Of a DNA stretch of 64,000 bases, positions 1-9,782 are shown piece by piece. A program made the position numbers and the translations under genes. The notes below the pieces were generated by a model. That model was not told the origin of the DNA and made no database searches. It saw nothing but the letters and a program-made list of their open reading frames with translations. The DNA lies in NCBI GenBank assembly GCA_964526285.1, contig CAZGIW010000001.1:62864-126863 (forward strand), in the 5' to 3' direction. This DNA is from an uncultured Bacteroidales bacterium (GTDB lineage Bacteria > Bacteroidota > Bacteroidia > Bacteroidales > DTU049). How positions within the stretch are numbered: the first letter of the stretch is position 1; each line of letters opens with the position of its first letter.

Positions 1-103
1 CCTTTTTTCATTTACACAAAAGGGCTAGTTTATAAAATTTGTTTCAATTTGTAAATATATAACCAAACTATAGGTAAAAACAAATTTTTTTAATGATTTT
101 TAA

Positions 104-1615
104 TTAATCGTTGATTTCTGGCTGTATTACCACATTATCATATCTTCTTTCAATTCCGCCTTTATAGTTGATTTTCAAGTATATACGCCCTTCTTCGTCA
201 AAATGAACCCATTCTCCTTCTCTCTGACCCATAACATAGTGACCCTCAACTCGTTTTTGACCATTTGGCCAATAATAAGTATGTTTCCCATTTGGATATC
301 CATCCAGGTATTTTCCTTCAAATATTGTTTTTTCTGTATCAACATCTGTTGTTTTCCATACACCACTATATTGTCCGTCAATAAAATTTCCTTCTTCTCT
401 TGTATCACCAATTTCCCAAAACCATTGTCCTGTTTCAACTCCATCAAAAAATTCTCCTTTCACTATTATTTTTCCTGAAATATCATACTCAATATAATTT
501 CCTTCCAATAATCCATTTTCATAAAACTCGGTTTTCCAAACATTTCCATTTGAATAATACCAGTTCCATTCTCCCACATGTCTTCCTCTGCTGTCAAACC
601 TTCCCTCCTGCTCCATTGTTCCGTCTGCATAATAATATTTCCATTCTCCAATTGGCTTGGAATCCTTGTATTCTCCTTGTGATTTCAATGCACCGTTTTC
701 AAAATATTCCTTAAACTGTCCTTGTTTTAATCCTTTTTCATCAATGATCCCTTCTTCTGTTAAAACACCATCTCTGAAAATATATCCCTTCACAATTTTT
801 CCGTTTTCGTCAAATTCTCTTCTTACACCATCTGGTAAATCATTTCTATAACTTCCTACTATCTTTACTTTCCCACCAGGATAATAATCATATCTTATTT
901 CATATTGTTTCAGCTCTTCTGCTTCAGGTACAATTTCTCCGTTGGCAAATTTTTGAATACTTTTCAAATTACCTGATTCATCAAATTCCTTTACAAAACC
1001 ATTCAAAATGCCATTTCTCCATTCTGCTGTTTTTTTAACAGATCCACTTTCAAAAAAATCCATCCACATTCCATGTTTTTTTCCCAAAGAATTGTTTCGG
1101 TTAATTATTTCTCTGCTCATTATAAACCCTTTTCTGTATTGATAAAGGGTGATAATAATCCCATTTTCATCATATTCCTTCATATATCCCTCTTCCAAAC
1201 CATCAACAAAAAAAATCTGTTTTTTTATTTGTCCAGATGGATAGTAATGATTTGTATTTCCTTGTTTAACATCTCTTTCATAATTCTCTTCTATTGTTTC
1301 TTCTTCAAGAAATACTATTCTTTTTCCATGCTTCAAATTGTTTTCATAATTTATCTTAAGTATGATTTTCCCTTCTGAATTATAGAATATCCAGGTACTA
1401 TCTAATAAAAAATTATTTCTGTTTCCTTCTGATTTCAAATTTCCGTTTTCCCAATAGGTTTTCCAATAACCATCTGGTTTGTTTTCTCTCATAAATCCTT
1501 CACTTGAAATGTTGCCATCAGCGAAAAAAAACTGTACAAATTGCATTGTGTCTTTTTGGGAATATACCAAAGAAAACATAAAACAAAAATGTACTAATAC
1601 TATTATTTTTTTCAT
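104..1615 (-). CDS. Secreted MORN-variant / YwqK-like repeat protein
   Basis: 503-aa ORF with hydrophobic N-terminus (MKKIIVLVHFCFMFSLVYSQ). Many iterations of G-x-W-x-x-[YF]-[YF]-x-N-G-x-[LIV]-x-x-E-G repeats typical of MORN_2/YwqK-family proteins. Its ATG overlaps the nadA stop (ATGA). Confidence 0.6.
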   Translation of the reverse strand: MKKIIVLVHFCFMFSLVYSQKDTMQFVQFFFADGNISSEGFMRENKPDGYWKTYWENGNLKSEGNRNNFLLDSTWIFYNSEGKIILKINYENNLKHGKRIVFLEEETIEENYERDVKQGNTNHYYPSGQIKKQIFFVDGLEEGYMKEYDENGIIITLYQYRKGFIMSREIINRNNSLGKKHGMWMDFFESGSVKKTAEWRNGILNGFVKEFDESGNLKSIQKFANGEIVPEAEELKQYEIRYDYYPGGKVKIVGSYRNDLPDGVRREFDENGKIVKGYIFRDGVLTEEGIIDEKGLKQGQFKEYFENGALKSQGEYKDSKPIGEWKYYYADGTMEQEGRFDSRGRHVGEWNWYYSNGNVWKTEFYENGLLEGNYIEYDISGKIIVKGEFFDGVETGQWFWEIGDTREEGNFIDGQYSGVWKTTDVDTEKTIFEGKYLDGYPNGKHTYYWPNGQKRVEGHYVMGQREGEWVHFDEEGRIYLKINYKGGIERRYDNVVIQPEIND

Positions 1616-2553
1616 TTTACTATTTCTATCATTCTTTCAATTGAAATCAATGCTTTATCTCTTGTTTTTTCATCTACTTTTATTTCAAAAAAGTCATTTT
1701 CCAAAGAAAAAAGAATTTTTTCAAGATTTATCATTTTCATAAAATTACAATCATTACAATTACATGATTCATCAGCAGGAACAATATAAAACGTTTTTTC
1801 AGGTGATTTCTTTTGCATTTCATGTAAAATACCTGTTTCTGTTGCTACTATTAGTTCTTTCGATTTTGTTTTTTCTGAAAACTCAATAATTTGAGTAGTT
1901 GATCCAACAAAATCAGCAATTTCTAATATTGGTCCCTGACATTCAGGATGTGCAACTAATAAAGCACTTTTATGCTTATTTTTCATTTTTATCACTTTAT
2001 CAACATGCAACTGATTATGTACATGACAAGCACCGTCCCACAAAACCATATCTCTTCCTGTTTGCTTTATAATATAATTTCCCAAATTTTTATCAGGAGC
2101 AAAAATAATTTTCTGTTCTTTTGGCAATGATTCAACTATTTTTACTGCATTACTTGATGTACAAACTATATCTGTTAATGTTTTTACTTCAATGGAAGAA
2201 TTGATATACGAAATAACAATATGATCAGGATATTGTTTAACAAATTTTTCAAATTCTTCAGCAGGACATGAATCAGCTAATGAACAGCCTGCTTCTGGCT
2301 CAGGTAATAACACTTTTGTTTCATAATTTAATATTTTTGCTGTTTCTGCCATAAACTTCACTCCGGCAAAAACAATAACATCTGCTTTTGTTGCTTTCGC
2401 TTTTTTTGATAAACCATAACTATCACCAACATAATCAGCTATTTCCTGTATTTCTGGCAACTGATAATAATGTGCTAGAACGATAGCATTTTTTTTCTTT
2501 TTAACAATTTCAATACTATTTATAATTTCTTTATAATTTTTTAAAAAATACAT
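1612..2553 (-). CDS. nadA: Quinolinate synthase
   Basis: 313 aa. Shows AHYYQ...IQ..AD.VGDS near the N-terminus, conserved Cys residues (GCS, CTSSNA, HPEC) and NadA-typical length. Confidence 0.9.
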   Translation of the reverse strand: MYFLKNYKEIINSIEIVKKKKNAIVLAHYYQLPEIQEIADYVGDSYGLSKKAKATKADVIVFAGVKFMAETAKILNYETKVLLPEPEAGCSLADSCPAEEFEKFVKQYPDHIVISYINSSIEVKTLTDIVCTSSNAVKIVESLPKEQKIIFAPDKNLGNYIIKQTGRDMVLWDGACHVHNQLHVDKVIKMKNKHKSALLVAHPECQGPILEIADFVGSTTQIIEFSEKTKSKELIVATETGILHEMQKKSPEKTFYIVPADESCNCNDCNFMKMINLEKILFSLENDFFEIKVDEKTRDKALISIERMIEIVK

Positions 2554-2961
2554 ATGTGCTATTTATAATGGTGTTAATTGTGTTGATAATTTTTTTTCTA
2601 AAACTTACAAACTCTATTTGTTAATAAATCAATTGCAAAAATACTTTATTTTTATGTTATTACATACTTATTAACATGCTGTGAATTGTTAGTCGAAGAA
2701 TTATAATTTTATTATTTTTATTTTTTTTGGTTGATAACTTTCTAACAGAAGCTTATAAAAGTGATTGTTTTTTTCATGGTTTTATCAGTTTGATAGTGTA
2801 TAAAAACTTATTGTTTTTTATTCACAAAAAGAATGGTACTTATGAACAAAAATATTAACACAAAAGTTGTTTGTTTTTTACAAAGGTAAAAAAACAAAAC
2901 AACAAAGGAAATTTGAATAAATAACAATATCTTTGCAATAGTGAAATAAAAAAGAAAAACC

Positions 2962-3402
2962 ATGCAAAAAATATCAATTGCCTGTGATCATGCAGGTTTT
3001 CACCTAAAACAGATAATTATTTCCTTTTTGAAAGAAAAAAGCATTGAAGTTATTGATTTTGGTACTGATTCTGAAGAAAGCATGGATTATCCAGATATTG
3101 CTCATCCTTTTGCTGGAAGTATTGAAAAAAAAATTTGTGAAAAAGGAATTATTATTTGCGGAAGCGGCAATGGAGTAAGTATGGTAGTTAATAAATATGG
3201 TGCTATTCGATGTGCTCTTTGCTGGACAGAAGAAATTGCTTCTTTGGCCAGACAACATAATGATGCTAATGTAGTTGCTCTTCCTGCTAGATTTGTTTCA
3301 AACGAAGATGCATTAAAAATTATCAATGTTTTTTTGAATACTGAATTTGAAGGAGGAAGACATCAGAACAGAGTGGAAAAAATTAACAAGATTGTACAAT
3401 AA
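2962..3402 (+). CDS. rpiB: Ribose-5-phosphate isomerase B
   Basis: 146 aa. Motifs IACDHAGF...GIIICGSGNGVSMVVNK...RCALCW match RpiB/LacAB. Confidence 0.9.
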   Translation: MQKISIACDHAGFHLKQIIISFLKEKSIEVIDFGTDSEESMDYPDIAHPFAGSIEKKICEKGIIICGSGNGVSMVVNKYGAIRCALCWTEEIASLARQHNDANVVALPARFVSNEDALKIINVFLNTEFEGGRHQNRVEKINKIVQ

Positions 3403-4793
3403 TGGCATCAGAAACGGAAAAATTATTTATTTCAGAATCTGCAAAAAGATGCAGGGATATTGAAAAAAAAGCAATTCTTGAGAAAAATCTGAATCATTTT
3501 TATAAAAAATGGGAAAATAGCAAAAGTGGTTTTTCTAATTTAGCATATGCGCGCAAAAAGCTACATTATGCAAAATTCAGAAGTATTGAAAACCTGGAAA
3601 AAAATCTTATTGAATTTGAAGCAAAATTTTGTTCCCGGGGTGGAAAAATGTTTTTTGCAGCAGGAAAAGATGAGGCGCTAAAGTATATACTTGATATTGT
3701 TCAACAATCAGAAAATAAAAAGATTGTTAAATCCAAATCTATGGTATGTGAAGAAATTCAACTTGAGAAATTTCTCAATCTACACAATATTCATTTACTG
3801 GAAACAGACCTCGGGGAATTTCTGGTGCAGCTTGCCAATGAATCACCATCACATATTACAGCTCCCGCTCTTCATAAGTCGAAAAAGGAAATATATGAAC
3901 TACTGAATGAAAAATATGATCAGGTATTTGATGAATCAACACCTGTTGAAGCTGTTGTTCAATTTGTGAGAAATTTATTGAGAGAAGATTTTTCATCTGC
4001 AGGTATAGGTATTACAGGTTGCAATTTTATGATTGCAGATCCCGGGGTGGTTGCTATTTGTGAAAATGAAGCCAATGCCATACTCTCTGCTTCTTTTCCA
4101 AAAACTCATATTATTGTTACCTCAATTGAGAAAATAATTCATTCATTTGATCAGCTTGAATTGTTTCAAACCATGCTGTCATCTCATGCTACTGGTCAAA
4201 ACATGACAGTTTATAATCATCTGGTGTTTGGACCAGCAGCAGCTAGCGATAAAAACGGACCAGAAAAAGTATATCTTGTTGTCATTAACAACAACAGAAC
4301 AGAAATAATGAAAAGTGTGCAAATGAGACAAGCCATGTATTGTATTAAATGCGGTGCATGTCACAATTTTTGCCCTGTTTATTCACAAATAGGCGGACAC
4401 GCTTATCAAACTGTTTATAATGGCCCCATAGGATCGGTGATTTCTCCTTATATTTTTGGAGAATATGAATTTGCTTATTTGCCCTTTGCCTCAACTCTTT
4501 GTGGCAAATGCAATACTGTTTGTCCAGTTGATATGAATATTACTTCATTGCTTATTCATAAAAGAAAACATATTGTTGACAATAAATATAATAGTAGCTC
4601 TGAAAGAAGATTGTTTAATAAACTTCAAAGAAAATTGTTAAAACGCAAGCGCATGGATGGTTCTGTGTTTCTGAAAAACACAGTATTAAGAACTTTTCTG
4701 AAAAAATCATGGGGAAAAGAAAGAGAAATTCCTGTGATTGCAAAACAAAGTTTTTGTGAACTTAAAAAAAAGGAGAAAAAAAAGAAAACCTGA
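3402..4793 (+). CDS. LutB/LldF-like iron-sulfur protein (LUD domain plus 2x4Fe-4S)
   Basis: 463 aa. Ferredoxin-type cluster motifs CIKCGACHNFCP and CGKCNTVCP follow a LUD-like domain. The start overlaps the rpiB stop (TAATG). Confidence 0.7.
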   Translation: MASETEKLFISESAKRCRDIEKKAILEKNLNHFYKKWENSKSGFSNLAYARKKLHYAKFRSIENLEKNLIEFEAKFCSRGGKMFFAAGKDEALKYILDIVQQSENKKIVKSKSMVCEEIQLEKFLNLHNIHLLETDLGEFLVQLANESPSHITAPALHKSKKEIYELLNEKYDQVFDESTPVEAVVQFVRNLLREDFSSAGIGITGCNFMIADPGVVAICENEANAILSASFPKTHIIVTSIEKIIHSFDQLELFQTMLSSHATGQNMTVYNHLVFGPAAASDKNGPEKVYLVVINNNRTEIMKSVQMRQAMYCIKCGACHNFCPVYSQIGGHAYQTVYNGPIGSVISPYIFGEYEFAYLPFASTLCGKCNTVCPVDMNITSLLIHKRKHIVDNKYNSSSERRLFNKLQRKLLKRKRMDGSVFLKNTVLRTFLKKSWGKEREIPVIAKQSFCELKKKEKKKKT

Positions 4794-4834
4794 TTTGTTT
4801 TGCCAAACAAGGCTTTTGCAGAAAAAAGTTAAAT

Positions 4835-6622
4835 CTAATCCATTTTTAAAACAGCAAGAAATGCAGACTGTGGAACTTCAACATTGCCTACTTGTCTCAT
4901 GCGTTTTTTCCCCTTTTTCTGTTTTTCCAGCAATTTTCTTTTTCTTGAAATATCACCCCCATAACATTTGGCCGTCACATCTTTTCTAAATGCCCTGATG
5001 CTTTCTCTGGCTATAACTTTTGCACCAATGGCAGCCTGAATGGCGATATCAAATTGCTGGCGAGGAATAAGTTCTTTGAGTTTTTCACAAATTTTTCTGC
5101 CAAACTGATAGGCATTATCCTGATGAATCAGACATGACAAGGCATCAACGTTTTCTCCATTGAGCAAAATATCTAATCTAACAAGCTTGGCCATTTTATA
5201 GTCACTGTGATAATAATCAAAAGAGGCATAACCTTTTGAAATGCTTTTTAGTTTATCGTAAAAATCAAACACAATTTCCGAAAGAGGCATTTCCACATTC
5301 AACTCTACCCTATCGGTACTTAAATAAACCTGATTTTTCAACACTCCTCTTTTTTCAATGCAAAGGGTCATGATTTGTCCGATATATTCAGACTTTGTAA
5401 TAATACTGGCTGTTATATATGGCTCTTCAATATACTCTACCTTTGTGGAATCAGGAAGACCAAGCGGATTGTGAATTTCGTATTTTTCGCCCTTTTTTGT
5501 GTGAACAATATATGATACGTTGGGAACAGTTGTAATCACATCCACATCAAATTCTCTGTCAAGCCTTTCCTGAATTATTTCCATATGAAGCAGGCCAAGA
5601 AAACCGCATCTGAAGCCAAATCCAAGGGCAACCGAAGATTCGGGCTCAAAAGAAAGAGAAGCATCATTCAGCTGAAGTTTTTCCATTGCACCTCTCAGTT
5701 CTTCATAATCATCAGCATCAACAGGATACAGGCCGGAAAAAACCATAGGTTTTACTTCCTGAAAGCCTTCAATGGCTTTTTCGCAAGGTTTTTCAACATG
5801 TGTAATTGTATCTCCCACTCTCACTTCTTTTGCCAGCTTAATACCGCTGATGATATATCCCACATCACCGGCACCCAATGTTTTGTGGGGAACAAATTTT
5901 AACTGTAGTATACCAATTTCATCAGCATGATATTCTTTTTTGGTTGAAAGAAACTTTACAAAATCACCAGTTTTAATTGTTCCGTTAAATATGCGGAAAT
6001 AGGCAATAATTCCCCTGTATGAATTAAAAATGGAATCAAATATCAGGGCCTGAAGTGGTGCATTGAGGTCACCCGTTGGGGCAGGAATTCGCTCAATAAT
6101 TGCATCAAGCACTTTATCAACACCATACCCTGTTTTGGCGCTGACCTCAATAATGTCATCAATTGAACAACCAAGCAAATCAACAATCTGGTCTTTAACC
6201 TCATCGGGCATGGCAGAGGGCATATCCATTTTGTTGAGAATGGGAATAACCTCCAGGTCGTGTTCAAGAGCCTGATATAAATTAGAAATGGTTTGAGCCT
6301 GAATACCCTGGGTTGCATCAACAACAAGCAAAGCTCCTTCGCAGGCAGCAATAGAACGTGAAACCTCATAGGAAAAATCCACATGTCCGGGAGTATCAAT
6401 CAGATTCAAAATATATTCTTCTTTTTCGTCCTTATGAACCATTTGAATGGCATGGCTTTTAATGGTAATACCCTTTTCTCTCTCAAGGTCCATGCTGTCC
6501 AGCACCTGTTCCTGCGTTTCTCTTTCGGTGAGGGTGTCAGTAAATTGCAGCAAACGGTCGGCAAGAGTACTTTTACCGTGATCGATGTGAGCAATAATGC
6601 AAAAATTTCGAATGTTTTTCAT
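4835..6622 (-). CDS. lepA: Translation elongation factor 4
   Basis: 595 aa. [21 protein letters not shown]1 motif, [12 protein letters not shown], and the LepA-specific C-terminal region. Confidence 0.95.
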   Translation of the reverse strand: MKNIRNFCIIAHIDHGKSTLADRLLQFTDTLTERETQEQVLDSMDLEREKGITIKSHAIQMVHKDEKEEYILNLIDTPGHVDFSYEVSRSIAACEGALLVVDATQGIQAQTISNLYQALEHDLEVIPILNKMDMPSAMPDEVKDQIVDLLGCSIDDIIEVSAKTGYGVDKVLDAIIERIPAPTGDLNAPLQALIFDSIFNSYRGIIAYFRIFNGTIKTGDFVKFLSTKKEYHADEIGILQLKFVPHKTLGAGDVGYIISGIKLAKEVRVGDTITHVEKPCEKAIEGFQEVKPMVFSGLYPVDADDYEELRGAMEKLQLNDASLSFEPESSVALGFGFRCGFLGLLHMEIIQERLDREFDVDVITTVPNVSYIVHTKKGEKYEIHNPLGLPDSTKVEYIEEPYITASIITKSEYIGQIMTLCIEKRGVLKNQVYLSTDRVELNVEMPLSEIVFDFYDKLKSISKGYASFDYYHSDYKMAKLVRLDILLNGENVDALSCLIHQDNAYQFGRKICEKLKELIPRQQFDIAIQAAIGAKVIARESIRAFRKDVTAKCYGGDISRKRKLLEKQKKGKKRMRQVGNVEVPQSAFLAVLKMD

Positions 6623-6782
6623 AGCGGCTGCAAAGATAATACGAAATACGGTTTTATGAATAAAAAACTTGAGTTATTATGATGCGGTGTCTTCTTCCAC
6701 AAAAATATGATTTTCTTAGCACAATGTGTTATTTAAAGATTTGAAAGAAATAGTATATTTGCAACGAAGAGTTTATGAGATT

Positions 6783-8264
6783 ATGAAATCCGGAAAACGC
6801 AATCCTTCATTGCTGGCAGCGCTTATTCCTGTGATATTTCTTACAGTAGCAATATCACTGAATGTATTTATTTTTCAGGAACAATCATTGTCAGGTTCTA
6901 ATCAGATTGTTCTTTTGTTTTCTGCCGCAGTGGCAGTGTTGGTGTGTATGATTTACGGCAAAACATGGAAAGATTTGCTTCAGGGCATTGTCAACAGCAT
7001 CGGCTCTGCAATTCCGGCAATATTAATACTTCTTATGATTGGGGCACTTGCGGGTACATGGCTCATCAGCGGCATTGTTCCTGCAATGATTTATTATGGA
7101 CTGCAAATTATGCACCCCACATTTTTTCTTGTTACGGCAGCAATAATCAGCTCAATAGTTTCTCTTTCAACTGGCAGCAGCTGGTCAACAGTGGCAACTA
7201 TAGGAATTGCATTGCTAGGAATTGGTCGCGCACTTGGAATTCCCGACGGAATGATAGGGGGTGCAATTATATCCGGGGCATATTTTGGAGACAAAATTTC
7301 TCCACTTTCAGACACCACTAATCTTGCCGCAGCAATTTCTGAAACAGAGCTGTTTACTCATATCAAATATATGATGATTACCACTATTCCATCCTATTTG
7401 ATTACTCTTGTAATTTTTGTATTTCTTGGATTCAGAGACACTTCTGCCATCAGCAGAACCGATATTGCCCAGGTTCAGTCTTCTCTTGATAGTATTTTCA
7501 ATATTACCCCATGGCTTTTTTTAGTACCCGTGGTTGTGATTTTGCTGATTATGAAAAAAGTACCCGCACTTCCTGCTATATTTATTGGTACAGTGGCAGG
7601 TGCTGTTTTTGCCCTGATTTTTCAACCCCATTTAATAGGGCTACTAAGCGAACAAAGCGGTAGTTTTTTAAAGCAATCATATGTAGTGATTGTTCAGTCA
7701 ATGTACACAAACACTGATATTCCTGCAGAAAATGAACTGGTGAATGGCCTTTTATCAACCGGAGGAATGAAGGGAATGCTAAATACAGTATGGTTGATTA
7801 TCAGTGCTATGGTGTTCGGCGGAGTGATGGATGCCGGCGGTTTGCTTAAAAAAATCACATCTTCGATTATTAAAGTTGCCAGAAATACAACCTCTCTCAT
7901 TGCCTCAACTGCTGCAACCTGTTTGTTTCTCAATGTAACAGCAAGTGATCAGTATTTGAGTATATTAATCCCGGGAAAAATGTTTGCTGAAATCTATAAA
8001 AGAAGAAAACTCAAATCTCAAAACTTAAGCAGAACACTTGAAGATAGCGGAACAGTGACATCGGTTCTTGTTCCATGGAACACTTGCGGGGCCACACAAT
8101 CAACAGTACTTGGCATCAGCACCATTGTTTTTTTGCCCTATTGTTTTTTCAATATTATAAGTCCCTTTATGACAATTTTAGTTGCAATGCTGAAAATCAA
8201 GATTGCAAGAAAAGATGAAGAAAAGAAAGAACCCCCCTCGCCAAATAATACTGATGGGAAATGA
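6783..8264 (+). CDS. nhaC: Na+/H+ antiporter, NhaC family
   Basis: Polytopic membrane protein of about 490 aa with an NhaC-like pattern (SGSSWSTVATIGIAL, PWNTCG). I chose the internal ATG at 6783 (MKSGKRNP) over the GTG at 6726 in the ORF track. Confidence 0.75.
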   Translation: MKSGKRNPSLLAALIPVIFLTVAISLNVFIFQEQSLSGSNQIVLLFSAAVAVLVCMIYGKTWKDLLQGIVNSIGSAIPAILILLMIGALAGTWLISGIVPAMIYYGLQIMHPTFFLVTAAIISSIVSLSTGSSWSTVATIGIALLGIGRALGIPDGMIGGAIISGAYFGDKISPLSDTTNLAAAISETELFTHIKYMMITTIPSYLITLVIFVFLGFRDTSAISRTDIAQVQSSLDSIFNITPWLFLVPVVVILLIMKKVPALPAIFIGTVAGAVFALIFQPHLIGLLSEQSGSFLKQSYVVIVQSMYTNTDIPAENELVNGLLSTGGMKGMLNTVWLIISAMVFGGVMDAGGLLKKITSSIIKVARNTTSLIASTAATCLFLNVTASDQYLSILIPGKMFAEIYKRRKLKSQNLSRTLEDSGTVTSVLVPWNTCGATQSTVLGISTIVFLPYCFFNIISPFMTILVAMLKIKIARKDEEKKEPPSPNNTDGK

Positions 8265-8315
8265 TATAAAACACTTTTTGTGATTTCGCTTTAAGCTTTT
8301 TTCTACTTTTGCGTT

Positions 8316-9107
8316 ATGTCAGAATTTGTAGTTATTGCTTTGATAATTTCAGGCTTGCTGGTGGGTTTCATCAATACTTTGGCAGGAGGAGGCACAATTA
8401 TTTCTCTTTCTCTTTTGCTTTTTTTGGGCCTCCCCGCCCCTGTTGCCAATGGCACAAACAGGGTTGCAGTGCTATTTCAGAATATGGTAGCAGTGAGAAA
8501 TTTTAAAAAAAGCGGGATGCTCACCTCGGCAAAAGGATTATGGTTGGGCATTCCCACCGTGATTGGCTCTTTGCTTGGGGCAAAAATTGCTGTGAATTTG
8601 CAACAGGATCTCATTGAAAAGGCAATAGCAATAGTTATGATTATCATGCTTGTGTTTATCATTGCAAAACCTCAAAAATGGCTCAGAGGAAATGAGCTTT
8701 TATTTAATAAGCCAATTAACTGGAAGACATACATTTTGTTTTTTCTGGTGGGATTGTATGGAGGATTTATACATGTTGGTGTTGGATATTTTTTGCTTGC
8801 TGCTTTGGTGTTGAATTGTGGCTATGATCTTGTAAAAGCCAATGCAGTAAAAAACCTGTTGGTATTGCTCTATGTGCCTTTTACTCTTGTTGTGTTTGTT
8901 TGGCAGGATCAGGTAATATGGAAATACGGCCTTATACACGCTATTGGCAATGTGATTGGTGCCTGGATTGCCTCAAAGTATGCCGTAAAATGGGGAACCG
9001 GATTCGTGAGATGGATTATTGTGGTTGTGATTATTATAAGTGTTGCCGACTTATTGAATGTGATTAACATAAAAAATGTGATACAATATTTGATGACAAA
9101 TGGTTGA
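8316..9107 (+). CDS. TauE/SafE family sulfite/anion exporter
   Basis: 263 aa, about 8 TM segments, with GGGTIISL and GxGG motifs characteristic of TauE/SafE. Confidence 0.7.
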   Translation: MSEFVVIALIISGLLVGFINTLAGGGTIISLSLLLFLGLPAPVANGTNRVAVLFQNMVAVRNFKKSGMLTSAKGLWLGIPTVIGSLLGAKIAVNLQQDLIEKAIAIVMIIMLVFIIAKPQKWLRGNELLFNKPINWKTYILFFLVGLYGGFIHVGVGYFLLAALVLNCGYDLVKANAVKNLLVLLYVPFTLVVFVWQDQVIWKYGLIHAIGNVIGAWIASKYAVKWGTGFVRWIIVVVIIISVADLLNVINIKNVIQYLMTNG

Positions 9108-9142
9108 TTTGTCTGCTCAGTGATTATATTTATATTTGCAAA

Positions 9143-9757
9143 ATGAATATCAATCAATCACATCATCTGCCTGTTGTAGAACTTTTCAACAGCATACAAG
9201 GCGAAGGCTTACACACAGGCAAGCCGGCATTTTTTATACGATTGGCCGGTTGTGATGTTTGCTGCACCTGGTGTGATGAAAAAATTGCATGGGATGAATC
9301 GGTTTTTCCTGTAACAGACATTCAGCATATTGTTGAAGAAGTTATTACAAGCGGTGCAAATACAGTTGTTATTACCGGAGGAGAGCCTTTCAGGCATAAC
9401 CTGACAGAATTAACAAAAGCGTTAGTTTCAAATAATATCAGATGCATGGCTGAAACATCGGGCACAGCAGAAATTAGTGGAAACTGGCATTGGATTACAC
9501 TTTCTCCCAAGCAACACCAGTCTCCCATTGAAAAAAATTATTTTCGCGCAGATGAACTCAAAGTTGTTATACAAAAAGAAGAAGATTTAGGATGGGCAGA
9601 AATTAACGCCTCTAAGGTACAATCTCATGTTGTGCTATATCTTCAGCCGGAGTGGGGGTGTTTTGATGAAATTTTGCCCCTTATTGTGCGTTATATAAAG
9701 GAAAATCCAAAATGGAGGTTATCTGTTCAGGTTCATAAGTTTATAAATATTCCGTGA
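9143..9757 (+). CDS. queE: 7-carboxy-7-deazaguanine synthase (radical SAM)
   Basis: FNSIQGEG...FIRLAGCDVCCTWCD radical-SAM cluster motif and QueE-typical length. ATG at 9143 chosen (MNINQSH). Confidence 0.8.
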   Translation: MNINQSHHLPVVELFNSIQGEGLHTGKPAFFIRLAGCDVCCTWCDEKIAWDESVFPVTDIQHIVEEVITSGANTVVITGGEPFRHNLTELTKALVSNNIRCMAETSGTAEISGNWHWITLSPKQHQSPIEKNYFRADELKVVIQKEEDLGWAEINASKVQSHVVLYLQPEWGCFDEILPLIVRYIKENPKWRLSVQVHKFINIP

Positions 9758-9782
9758 TTCATATTTTTATACAAAACAAATC

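Noticed and set aside
2867-2902. Hairpin TTGTTTGTTTTTTAC-AAAG-GTAAAAAAACAAAACAA in the nadA/rpiB divergent intergenic region
   Set aside because: It is built almost entirely from A/T homopolymer runs in a 400-bp AT-rich spacer. Pairing is expected by chance, and no T-tail or conserved motif is present.
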